A stretch of 64,000 nt of DNA from Myxococcota bacterium. GTDB lineage: Bacteria; Myxococcota_A; UBA796; GCA-2862545. Under the pieces are notes generated by a model. The model saw nothing but the letters and a program-made list of their open reading frames with translations, did no database searches and was not told where the DNA came from. Each line of letters opens with the position of its first letter. Position 1 is the first letter of the stretch. The position numbers and the translations under genes are program-made. The DNA lies in contig JBCCQY010000001.1 of the NCBI GenBank assembly GCA_039208735.1, positions 64,001 to 128,000 on the forward strand, written 5' to 3'. Below, piece after piece: positions 1-9,003 of this stretch.

Positions 1-1401
1 CCCATCACGTAGACGAGGCCGCTGCTGGCATCGTACGACACCGGTGACCACGAGGTTCCGCCGGCAGCGCCGGGGGCAATGGTTACGCCTCGAGGGGTGG
101 GGGGCCGAAACAGATTGCAGTGGGGCACGTAGTGGTCCGATTTGTACAGCAATTCGCCCGTGACGCGATCGTGCACGTAGAACCAGCCCGTCTTGGAGGC
201 TTCCCCAACCGCCTTTACGGTGCGCCCCTCGTGCTCGACGTCGAACAGCACAGGAGGGCTTCCCGCACCGTAGCCTCACAGATCGTGAGGAACCTGCTGG
301 TAATACCAGTTCAGGGTGCCCGTTCGTGCATCGAGGGCCACCAATGAAATCGTGTAGAGGTTGTCGCCCGGTCGCGAGACCTCCTCCATCTGGGGAGCCG
401 GGTTTCCCGTGCCAAAGAAGAGCACGCCCATTTCGGCGTCCAGCGCTGGGGTTGACCACAACGATCCTCCGCCGACCTTCCAAGCGTTGGGGTACGCCTG
501 CATTTGGGCCTTCTCCTCTGCGATGTCGCGGTAGAGGCGCGCACCATCTGGCGTTTCCGTACGCCACACGCCTTCCCAGCCCTCGGCTTTGGTGGTGTAC
601 GAGCGCCACCGTTCTTCGCCGGTTTGGGTGTCGTAGGCAGCGAGGTACCCGCGGCGTCCGAATGCGCCTTCGAGGCCAATGACCGCTCCTACGCCATCTC
701 CGCTCTCTCGTTCGACGTGGAGGCCATATCCGGCCCCTGTGACGCCCGCGATGACGAGCCCATCGAAGACCAGTGGCGCCATGTTCGCCCCAAGCCCACT
801 CGAGCCCGTGGGTTTGCGACTGCGGAGAGGGTCATCCGCAGCGAGATCCGCCACCGACCTCGGTCGGTTTGGTATCGGCAACGGCCATGGGCACGTCCCA
901 GAGGACGCTTCCGGTTTGCGCATCGAGCGCGATGAGGCGTGCATCGGCGGTGGCCATGTAGACCGCCCCGTAGCCCACCGAAACCCCCCGGTTTGCCGGG
1001 CCACAACAGAGCTTGCCGGGTCGGTATTCGTGGGCATAGCGCCACTTCTCGACCCCGGTGGCCGCATCGAGGGCCACCACGTGGTTTTTGGGGGTGGAGA
1101 GGTACATCATACCGTCGGCCACGATCGGGCTCGCTTGGAAGCTCGCTTTGATCCCGGTGTGGTAGGTCCAACGTGGTTCGAGCTGGCCCACTTTGCCGCG
1201 ATGGACCTGGTCGAGTGTCGAAAAGCGCTGGTTTTCGTAGTTGTGCCCGTACGTGACCCAATCCGACGAGGTGCTCGAGGCATCGCGCAGCCTGCCCTCG
1301 TCCACCGCCATCGCGGGGGGCGCCAGCCCCAGCAGCGCACCGCAGACCCAGTGTTGAATGCTGCATACCTGAATGGTTCGCCTCGGGTCTTGCCGTTGCA
1401 T
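1..1401 (-). pseudogene. PQQ-dependent alcohol dehydrogenase-family beta-propeller protein, disrupted by a frameshift and an in-frame stop; runs off the window start
   Basis: N-part (832..1782 frame, ATG 1401) has a signal peptide, WVTYGHNYENQRFSTL, FQASPIV and vicinal LCCGPANRG. One extra G near 858 shifts to the 276..1067 frame (MAPLVFDGLVIAG, GGSLWSTPALD, GTGNPAP, GDNLYT, WYYQQVPHDL). TGA at 276-278 replaces the conserved Trp and the frame continues (GYGAGSPPVLFD..ASKTGWFYVHDRVTGE..GGTSWSPVSYD). Confidence 0.85.
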
Positions 1402-1500
1402 GCCTGTCTCCCGGATGGTCCACGAAGCTTCGCATCGATGCGACGGTCCGGTCGATCGGCAAGTTGACGGATTTGATATGGCCCCGCGGTGGAGAGCCTC

Positions 1501-2349
1501 ATGGTCTTGTTTCGCCTTGCCCTCATTGCGCTCGTTGGTTGCTCGGCTAACTCGGAGAACCCGACGCCCAGCCCCTCCGAGCCCGCGCAATTCCCTTCCG
1601 TCGAGGCGTTCGACGTCGAGGGGCCCTACGACACGGTCATCGATGACATCAACGACTGCACGGTGCACCGACCGGCTGAACTCGGCACGGCGGGCCTTGC
1701 CCATCCCATCGTCCTGTGGGGCAACGGAACCACCGCCACTCCGGCCGTCTACGCGGAGCTGCTCGCCCACTTGGCGAGCCATGGGTTTGTCGTTGCGGCA
1801 GCCAACACTTCGAATGCGGGAAGTGGCGCTGAAATGCTAGATTGCCTCGATGAGCTGACGGTGCGGCAGGGCGAAACGGGTGACGCCTACTTCGAATGGC
1901 TCGATCTTACGAGCGTCGGCGCGAGTGGGCACTCTCAGGGGGGCGCAGGGGCGCTGATGGTGGGTGCAGAGCCTGGGGTTCGCACGAGTGCGCCGCTTCA
2001 GCCCTACATCGACCCCATTCCGTTTGGAGGCCGCTTCGAACGGGAGGCGCTTGCCAATCAGACCGGTCCGTTGGCGCTGTTTTCGGGCGGGTCGGACCAA
2101 ATCGCATCACCCGATGAACAGCAGCAGCCGGTCTTCGACGAGGCCAATATCTACACCGTGTGGGCCACTCTGCTTTCCGCCAGTCACTTCGAGCCCATTG
2201 GGGATGCGGGTCGCTACCGAGGACCCCTCACCGCCTGGTTCCGCAGTGAGCTGATGGACGATGTCGACGCCCGAGCCCGGTTCGAGGGAGCGTGTGCGCT
2301 TTGCGATGATGCAGACTGGACCCTCGAGACCAACGACGTTGGACGATGA
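1501..2349 (+). CDS. Cutinase/polyester-hydrolase-like alpha/beta hydrolase, lipoprotein
   Basis: Lipobox LVGC; HPIVLWGNGT, HLASHGFVVAAA, nucleophile GHSQGG, Asp in GGSDQI, His in SHFEP, C-terminal CxLC. Confidence 0.85.
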   Translation: MVLFRLALIALVGCSANSENPTPSPSEPAQFPSVEAFDVEGPYDTVIDDINDCTVHRPAELGTAGLAHPIVLWGNGTTATPAVYAELLAHLASHGFVVAAANTSNAGSGAEMLDCLDELTVRQGETGDAYFEWLDLTSVGASGHSQGGAGALMVGAEPGVRTSAPLQPYIDPIPFGGRFEREALANQTGPLALFSGGSDQIASPDEQQQPVFDEANIYTVWATLLSASHFEPIGDAGRYRGPLTAWFRSELMDDVDARARFEGACALCDDADWTLETNDVGR

Positions 2350-2414
2350 TCAGACTCGCGCAAGCTTTGCTTGCTGCTGTTCTGATTTCGCGCAAGCTCC
2401 GCTTGCCGCTGATC
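2347..2414. repeat. 68-bp palindromic REP-like element, copy 1
   Basis: Bounded by TGATC at both ends, two GCAAGC-NNN-GCTTGC hairpins, 63/68 identical to 52669-52736; overlaps the hydrolase TGA stop. Confidence 0.85.
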
Positions 2415-2539
2415 GGAGCTGCCGATACGCGGTCCATCAAGGCGCCCACCGCCCCGCCGGAACCAGGCTCGTGAGGCCGTAAGCCCGCTACGTGGCCCGG
2501 CGCCAGGCCACGCGAACGTGCCAACCCCGCTCCTTTGGA

Positions 2540-3370
2540 TCAGGGTACTGCGAATCCAAAATCGACGACCACCGGGTAGTGATCGCTGGCGCGCTCGGTC
2601 TCCGGCGTATGCACCACCTCACCACCCACAACCTCGATCTCTTTGCTGACGAGGACGTGGTCGATGCGCATGGCGGAGCGTTTGTCGGTGTCGAGCAGGT
2701 CTGTCGGGATGGTGTAGCGTCGGCCCGATTCGGGTACGCCATCGTGGAGTCCTAGACGTGCGAGCGCAGCAAACACCAGTTTTCCGCTATCGATAAATCC
2801 GTCTACCGCCGCAATGGGATCGCGGGAGAACCGCTGGAAGGCTTCAATCAGGGCGTCGCGGTCTGGCACATCGGCAGGGTGGATGCAATTGAGGTCACCC
2901 GCGAGGATGCGGGGGCCTGAACTTCCGGTGAGCAGACGAATGAAGTCGAGCGCCTTGTTGCCGGGCCATCGACCGGGGTGGGGATGGTAGGACGCGATGG
3001 TCAGTTCGCCGACGCCCCCGTCCAATCGTGCGACCAGCCCACCGCGGTTGTAGATGCGCATCTCGCGTTGCTCGACGATGGGTAGTCGGCTCAAAATCGC
3101 GTTGCCCCAGGCCCCGTCGTACAGCGCTGCCGCATGGTGGGGAAACCCGAAAAGGCCAGCGTAGTCCACCCGTTTTCCCTGGTACAGGCGGCAAAACAGC
3201 GCCTCATTCAGCACCAGTACATCGGGTTTCAGGGCGTGGACCACCGCGACCGCTGCCTGAACCCGGTCGCGGTCGATCTGGCGCCGCTCGGGAACCCGCC
3301 GACCGCGGGCTCGTGTCGAGACGGGACGCAATCCTTCGAGGAGGTTGTAGCAGAGCAAGCGTAGCTTCAC
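2540..3370 (-). CDS. Endonuclease/exonuclease/phosphatase (EEP) family protein
   Basis: YN, PDVLVLNEA, GNAILSR, AGDLN, RIDHV, ASDHYPV motifs. Confidence 0.9.
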   Translation of the reverse strand: MKLRLLCYNLLEGLRPVSTRARGRRVPERRQIDRDRVQAAVAVVHALKPDVLVLNEALFCRLYQGKRVDYAGLFGFPHHAAALYDGAWGNAILSRLPIVEQREMRIYNRGGLVARLDGGVGELTIASYHPHPGRWPGNKALDFIRLLTGSSGPRILAGDLNCIHPADVPDRDALIEAFQRFSRDPIAAVDGFIDSGKLVFAALARLGLHDGVPESGRRYTIPTDLLDTDKRSAMRIDHVLVSKEIEVVGGEVVHTPETERASDHYPVVVDFGFAVP

Positions 3371-3418
3371 GCCTCTATCCTACTCCTCCGCGTTGACGGG
3401 CGTCCGCGCGCGTCGACG

Positions 3419-4759
3419 CTACCAAGTCGTGCGCGGGCCATCGCCGCCCGTCGTACGACGCCCCACCGAGTGGTAGGTCACCGGCGTGCCCGCGAACCAC
3501 CGCGGCTCATAGATGTTGCGGCCATCAACGATGATGGGGTTGGCCATGCGGTTGGCAAACGTTTGCAGGTCGGGCGTGCGGTAGGCGCGCCACTCGGTGG
3601 CGATGACCAACACGTGGGCACCGTCGAGCGCGTCGAGCGGGTCGTCGACGACCGTGATGCCCTCGGGGCCGAGCACGGCAAGGGCGTTGTCGACCGCGGC
3701 GGGGTCGTGAACCGCACAGGCCACTCCGCTGTCACGCAGCCCCGCCACAAGGGCGGTCGCAGCACTCTCCCGCACATCATCGGTCATGGGCTTGAAGGCC
3801 AATCCCCAGACCGCGGCGCGTTTGCCCGCGGGCTCCGGTCCTAGGGCGTCGAGGGCACGTTGCAGGACGTGCAAACGCTGGACCTGGTTGACGTGGGCGG
3901 TGGCCTCCACGAGCGACTGGGTCACCCCAACGCTTCGCCCGATGGCTGAAAGGGCAGCGACGTCTTTCGGGAAGCACGAGCCGCCGTAGCCGAGCGACGC
4001 GTACAGGAAGTGGGGACCGATGCGCGAATCGCTGCCCATGCCTCGGCGAACCGAGCCCACATCGGCGCCCAAGGCTTCGCAGAGCCTTGCGAGGTCGTTC
4101 ATGAAGCTCACGCGCGAGGCAAGCATGGCGTTGCTCGCGTACTTCGTGATTTCAGCCGAGGTCGGGTCCATGACTTGTAGCCGCTTGCTGCGGACCATGA
4201 AGGGTCCGTAGAGCGCGCGCATCAACTCGGTGGCCCGCTCGGTGCGCGTGCCCACGATCACACGGTCGGGGCCCATGAAGTCCCGCACCGCGTCGCCTTG
4301 CTTGAGGAACTCGGGGTTGCTCACGAGTTCGAGGTTGGAAATGCCCCGTTCGGCGAGCCACTGGGTCAGCCGCTCGTTGGTCCCAGGGGGCACCGTGCTC
4401 TTGAGCACGACGTAGACGTGCGACCCGCCGGCATGTTCGGCGATGGATTCAAGCACCGCCTCAACCGCCGAGACATCGGCTGTGCCGTCGGCCTGCGCGG
4501 GTGTGCCCACTGCGATGAACACCGCGTCGGCATCGCGGATGCCCTCGGCCAACGACGTGGTGGCAAGCAGCCGGCGGCGTTCGCGCACGGCCTGCAGCAG
4601 GTCGTCGAGCCCGGCCTCCCAGATCGGGCTGCGCCCGTCGAGAATGGCGGCGACACGCTCCTCCGAGCGGTCCACCATGGTAACGGTGTTGCCTACGTCC
4701 GCGAAGCATGCGCCCGCGACGAGCCCCACATAGCCGGCGCCTACGATTGCGAGTTTCAT
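3419..4759 (-). CDS. ugd: UDP-glucose 6-dehydrogenase
   Basis: GAGYVG, IAVGTP, KSTVPPG, NPEFLK, KYASN, catalytic GYGGSCFPKD, GLAFKPMTDD. Confidence 0.95.
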   Translation of the reverse strand: MKLAIVGAGYVGLVAGACFADVGNTVTMVDRSEERVAAILDGRSPIWEAGLDDLLQAVRERRRLLATTSLAEGIRDADAVFIAVGTPAQADGTADVSAVEAVLESIAEHAGGSHVYVVLKSTVPPGTNERLTQWLAERGISNLELVSNPEFLKQGDAVRDFMGPDRVIVGTRTERATELMRALYGPFMVRSKRLQVMDPTSAEITKYASNAMLASRVSFMNDLARLCEALGADVGSVRRGMGSDSRIGPHFLYASLGYGGSCFPKDVAALSAIGRSVGVTQSLVEATAHVNQVQRLHVLQRALDALGPEPAGKRAAVWGLAFKPMTDDVRESAATALVAGLRDSGVACAVHDPAAVDNALAVLGPEGITVVDDPLDALDGAHVLVIATEWRAYRTPDLQTFANRMANPIIVDGRNIYEPRWFAGTPVTYHSVGRRTTGGDGPRTTW

Positions 4760-4800
4760 CGCGGCGCGGGTTATCGCACGTCGCGAACCGAGGCCAGTCC

Positions 4801-5745
4801 ATGACCGCTAATGCTCCCCCCGGGCTGACCTTCGTGGTGCCCGCCCTGAACGAAGCTGAATCCCTTCCTCAACTTTTCGACGAGATTCGAGCCGCCTGCC
4901 ACACCGTCGACAAGACCTTCGAAGTCATCGTCATCGACGATGGCAGCAGCGACGGCACGGTGGATGCGGTCCGCACGGCCAGAGCTGACGACCCGCGAAT
5001 CCGCTTGATCTCGTTCACGCGGAACTTTGGAAAGGCCGCCGCCTACACCGCAGCATTCCGACGCGCTCGGGGCGCCTTGGTGGTCACCATGGATGCGGAT
5101 CTGCAGGATGACCCCTCCGAACTGCCCAAGTTGCTGATGGAACTCGAAGACCAAGATGTGGTCGTCGGTTGGAAAATGCATCGCATGGGCAACGAACCCA
5201 CGAAGACGCTGCCTTCTCGTGTGTTCAACCGTATGAACCGGCTCGTGTTCGGCGTGGCGTTTCGCGACCAGAACAGCGGGTACCGCATCATGCGGCGTGA
5301 AGTGGCGCATGCGCTTGAGCTGTCGGGCGACAACTACCGCTTCATTCCGCAACTGGCGCATCTTGCGGGGTTTCGGGTCGGAGAGGTGGGCGTGCTGCAC
5401 CGCAAGCGCGTTCACGGGGTCAGCAAGTACGGGGTGACCCGCTTCTGGACGGGCATGCTCGACCTCTTGACCGTGGGCTTTCTCGCGCGTTTTCGCCACC
5501 GTCCGCTGCACTTCTTTGGGACGGTGGGCTTGCTGCCCATCTCGGTGGGCGTGGGCCTGTTGATCTACGTCCTCGGCATGAAACTCGCCGGCGACAACTT
5601 CAGCCAACACCTGGCCGCGCTCATCATCGGCGTCACCTCTTTGCTCATTGGCGTGCAGAGCATCTTGATTGGGCTCGTTGCCGAATTGCTTGCCGCGCCC
5701 CAAGGCGATCAGTTCGTCGTCGACCGGGACGTTTCCGATGCCTGA
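4801..5745 (+). CDS. GT2 polyprenol-phosphate glycosyltransferase (ArnC/DPM-like)
   Basis: VVPALNE, IDDGSSD, RNFGKAAA, MDADLQD, two C-terminal TM helices. Confidence 0.9.
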   Translation: MTANAPPGLTFVVPALNEAESLPQLFDEIRAACHTVDKTFEVIVIDDGSSDGTVDAVRTARADDPRIRLISFTRNFGKAAAYTAAFRRARGALVVTMDADLQDDPSELPKLLMELEDQDVVVGWKMHRMGNEPTKTLPSRVFNRMNRLVFGVAFRDQNSGYRIMRREVAHALELSGDNYRFIPQLAHLAGFRVGEVGVLHRKRVHGVSKYGVTRFWTGMLDLLTVGFLARFRHRPLHFFGTVGLLPISVGVGLLIYVLGMKLAGDNFSQHLAALIIGVTSLLIGVQSILIGLVAELLAAPQGDQFVVDRDVSDA

Positions 5746-6028
5746 ACTCGAATGGCCCCCGTTTGACCCTGGCGCTTTGGTCGGGCTCGTCGGTGGAGTG
5801 GTGTTCTTTGGCTCGTGGGTGCTCCAAGCCATCGAAACCCGACAGGCCGGCCAGCCTGTGGTGAGCTGGCGATTCTTCGCCATGCGCATCACCGGGTCGC
5901 TGCTGCTCGTGGTCGAGTCGATCCGAGTGCAGTCGCCGGGTTTGTTCCTCGTTAATCTCGCAACGCTGGGGCTGATGGCCTACAACCTGTTTATGGCGTG
6001 GTCGGCCGAACCTGCAGAGTCAAGCTGA
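5738..6028 (+). CDS. Small 3-TM protein, lipid A biosynthesis N-terminal (LAB_N)-like
   Basis: GLVGGVVFFGSWVLQ..E....PVV..FF.MRITGSLLL pattern; overlaps the end of the GT2 gene. Confidence 0.65.
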   Translation: MPELEWPPFDPGALVGLVGGVVFFGSWVLQAIETRQAGQPVVSWRFFAMRITGSLLLVVESIRVQSPGLFLVNLATLGLMAYNLFMAWSAEPAESS

Positions 6029-6628
6029 CGGTGTCGTGACCGCGATGGTCCACGGGAAACTCGTGTGGACCTGAACGGGCCCCACCGCTCCGGTGCCCAT
6101 CAACATTCGTCGAAAGCCGCCGGGACTCCAACGCTGGATGTGCTCGGGGTGGTTGCCAAGTCGGGAGAGGTACTTGCCGCGGGCTAGGTTTCCGAGCTGA
6201 AACCAGGGCTCCCACGGAACCGAGAGCACCAGGTGACCCCGCGACACCCGCGCGAGTTCGCGAACCGCCACGGCGGGGTCTTCGAGGTGTTCGAGGACCT
6301 CAAGGCAAATCACGGTATCGAACTGATCATCGTCGTAGGGCAGGTCGGTGGCCGATGCGACTTGCGCCTCGACGCCGGGCACCGCGGAACGGCACGCGGC
6401 CACCGCGGCCTCCGACAGATCGCAGGCGTGGACGTGCTCCCCTGCGGCCGGCCCGAGGGCTTGCAGCACGAAGCCCTCGCCGCATCCCACGTCGAGCGTC
6501 GCCGAAGGTCCGATGGCCTCGACCTCCTGTCGCACCCGGTCGTGAAAACGGTCCAACAGCGCGCGGACGACAGGATTCGAAGTCGTGTGCTTTAGTAGGT
6601 TGCTCGACGGCTCCACAGGCCCCTCCAT
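6020..6628 (-). CDS. Class I SAM-dependent methyltransferase (type 11)
   Basis: LDVGCGEG, LPYDDDQFD, CLEVLEHL, LSVPWEP. Confidence 0.9.
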   Translation of the reverse strand: MEGPVEPSSNLLKHTTSNPVVRALLDRFHDRVRQEVEAIGPSATLDVGCGEGFVLQALGPAAGEHVHACDLSEAAVAACRSAVPGVEAQVASATDLPYDDDQFDTVICLEVLEHLEDPAVAVRELARVSRGHLVLSVPWEPWFQLGNLARGKYLSRLGNHPEHIQRWSPGGFRRMLMGTGAVGPVQVHTSFPWTIAVTTPSA

Positions 6629-6649
6629 GGCGACGTCGCGTAATCCGCT

Positions 6650-8320
6650 TCAGCGCTCTCGGCGCTTCCAGATCTCATAGACCCCGATTGGATCAACTTT
6701 CTGGTAGTGCTGGGTGACCCAAAGGTAGAGCGGCTCGTGGCTTTCGAGTAGATCCGAACTATCCCCGTCAAAGCCAGTCATATAGGGAATGCCGTCATCG
6801 GTGCCGACAACGATAATCGGGGGCTTGGTCCGTTCAAGGTCCGTCATGAGTACATCGAGCCAGAATTCATGGTCCGTGGTGCGCAGGGCTAACGGGAAGT
6901 TGTAGATGAGGGTGCTTGCGGGGCGGCGCTGGGCCAACACGTGGATGGCAGGGTCGAATGCCCAGGCGAGCACAGGGTCATCAGGGGACGTCTCTGCTCG
7001 CAGGTAAGCCGCCACCTTGCCTTGGTCTGGAATCGGCCAGGTGGGCACCTTGTAGCGAGGGAGGGCGTAGTGCTCGTTCAGCGTCTCGTAGCCCCCGGCC
7101 ACCCGAAACAGGCTGCGGTAGCGCTGGGGTTGGTTGGCGTAGCACAGCAGGAGGCTCACAACGGCCGCCACGAACGGGAGCCCGCGGTGATGCCAAAGGC
7201 GGTCGAGCCCGAGGCGGGGCCCAAGGTCAAGGAGCCAGGTGCTGCCCAGGCCTACGAGCAGTGCCGCCGGGGGCAGGGTGGGGTGGTAGTGGTAGGCGAA
7301 GAAGCGGCCCTGCATCATGACGCCGACCAACCCCATCGCCCACCAGGTCACCACGAGGGCGCCTGCAATCCAGTGTCGTGGGGTCAGCCGGATGAAGGCG
7401 AGCAAGGCGGGGCCGATGCCGATGAAGCCGCTCACGATCATCGACCAGGCGTTGCGGTGGTCGCGGCGCAGCGACCTGCCAATGCCGTTGAATCGGGAAC
7501 TCAAGCCCTCCTGCGCATCGTTTATATAGGTCGACAGGAGTTCGGTATGGGTGCGTCGGAAGATCTCGCCTGCACCCTGGGCCACCAGTGAAAACAGGGT
7601 CAGCCCCAAGGTGCCAAGGCCACCGCCGACCACTCCGACAAGCCCCCACCACACCCCAACGCCATGGGTCGCCGCAGACAGGGCGAACGCGACGAGCATG
7701 GGCAGCGCAATGAGGCCTGCCGTGTACTTGAAGAGCACCGTGAAGGCGGAGGCAGCACCGGCGGCGACATACCCCAGCATGGCGGGCCCCCGTCGACCTT
7801 CGGCCCACGCATCTCCGGCCGCGAGGATGAGTCCGATGGCGGCGATGGCCGGCAGGTTGAGCCAGCCGTCGGCTTGGGTGATGTGCCAGTAGCCGATTCG
7901 CCAATAAAGCAACGCGTAGACCGTGCCTGCGACCAGCGCGACGTCCCGACGGCGGAACAGACGCCAGGCAAGCCAGGTCAACAGGGCGATGGTCGCGGTG
8001 GTCCACAGCGAGTCCCAGATGCGACAGGCCACCGGGTTGGTGCCGAACAGCAGCTGAGACATGCCATGCAGCCAGGCCGTAGCAGGGGGCTTGAAGGTGA
8101 GCGCGTCGCGGTAGAGAACGCCGCCCTCCGACCACACCCAGCCGGCGGTCGCGTAGTTGCCTTGGTCGCGCCCGAGCGGGAAGAGCAATGTGGGCAAGCT
8201 CGAGACGAACGACGTGGCAGCCGTGATGCCGACAATCGGCCAGATGGGGGCATCGCTCGGCGAACCGGGAGCGTACATGAGGCACCTCGGGGCTGCCGAC
8301 ATAGCCCCGGACGCCGCCAT
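6650..8320 (-). CDS. Multi-TM GT-C (ArnT/PMT-like) glycosyltransferase
   Basis: RDQG..Y, LYRD..FKPP after TM1, many TM helices, FFAYHY, C-terminal extracytoplasmic domain; start uncertain. Confidence 0.75.
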   Translation of the reverse strand: MAASGAMSAAPRCLMYAPGSPSDAPIWPIVGITAATSFVSSLPTLLFPLGRDQGNYATAGWVWSEGGVLYRDALTFKPPATAWLHGMSQLLFGTNPVACRIWDSLWTTATIALLTWLAWRLFRRRDVALVAGTVYALLYWRIGYWHITQADGWLNLPAIAAIGLILAAGDAWAEGRRGPAMLGYVAAGAASAFTVLFKYTAGLIALPMLVAFALSAATHGVGVWWGLVGVVGGGLGTLGLTLFSLVAQGAGEIFRRTHTELLSTYINDAQEGLSSRFNGIGRSLRRDHRNAWSMIVSGFIGIGPALLAFIRLTPRHWIAGALVVTWWAMGLVGVMMQGRFFAYHYHPTLPPAALLVGLGSTWLLDLGPRLGLDRLWHHRGLPFVAAVVSLLLCYANQPQRYRSLFRVAGGYETLNEHYALPRYKVPTWPIPDQGKVAAYLRAETSPDDPVLAWAFDPAIHVLAQRRPASTLIYNFPLALRTTDHEFWLDVLMTDLERTKPPIIVVGTDDGIPYMTGFDGDSSDLLESHEPLYLWVTQHYQKVDPIGVYEIWKRRER

Positions 8321-8394
8321 CGCCTACAGACGACCGTGCGCTAGACAGTGCGGCAAATCAGTGCCAAGGTGACGGGGTCGCGGTGGAGGTTTGG

Positions 8395-9000
8395 ATGGTG
8401 CCCTTGGCCCTGGCTCTTTCGACGCCGGTGGCGGCGTTCGACGGTGGTGAGCCCGTTCCCGAGATCACGTTTAGCCAACCGGTCGATCTGGACCGGCTCG
8501 CGCGGGCGCGGTCCCGCCAACAACTGGCCACGCGTTTGGGGTGGACCGCCGCCGCGGGGCTCGCAACGTCGTTCGGCGGAGCCGCCTTGCTGGTGGGCAC
8601 CTGTGACTTCGATCGGGGGCAGTTTGGCGGTTGCCCTCGTGGAGCGCAGGTGGCGGGCTGGACGATGCTCTTCGCTGGGTCGACCGCATTCACGGTGGGC
8701 CAGCTCGGGTTTGTCACCGCGGCTCCCCTTGCCGAGTCGTACGGGGTTGACGCGGGCCTTTCGATGCGTCCGCGATTCGGGTGGGCTCCGCTCGTGCTGA
8801 ACCTAGCGGGACTGGGACTGGCCACATGGGGGCGGAATCTCGGGGTTCGAAGGCCTGTCTTGTCCACCACGGGTACGGCGATGTACGGCCTGGGCCTCGT
8901 TTTGGGGATGGTTCAAGTGACCCGGGTACGGCGTGCGCATCGTCGACACGTCTCGGTCACGCCCACCGGCAATGGGGCCCAAGCCGTCGTCAGGTTTTGA
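8395..9000 (+). CDS. Hypothetical secreted/membrane protein
   Basis: GGAGG before ATG, signal-like N-terminus, hydrophobic helices, C-terminal VSVTPTGNGAQAVVRF strand. Confidence 0.6.
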   Translation: MVPLALALSTPVAAFDGGEPVPEITFSQPVDLDRLARARSRQQLATRLGWTAAAGLATSFGGAALLVGTCDFDRGQFGGCPRGAQVAGWTMLFAGSTAFTVGQLGFVTAAPLAESYGVDAGLSMRPRFGWAPLVLNLAGLGLATWGRNLGVRRPVLSTTGTAMYGLGLVLGMVQVTRVRRAHRRHVSVTPTGNGAQAVVRF

Positions 9001-9003
9001 CGT

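Noticed and set aside
276..278. UGA recoding (Trp or Sec) in the PQQ dehydrogenase
   Set aside because: TGA ends many intact genes in this window, the position is a Trp rather than a Cys site, and the gene also has a frameshift
4295..4320. PEFLKQG instead of PEFL(R/K)EG in Ugd
   Set aside because: The catalytic Cys, Lys and first Glu are intact; a single substitution does not support a changed function
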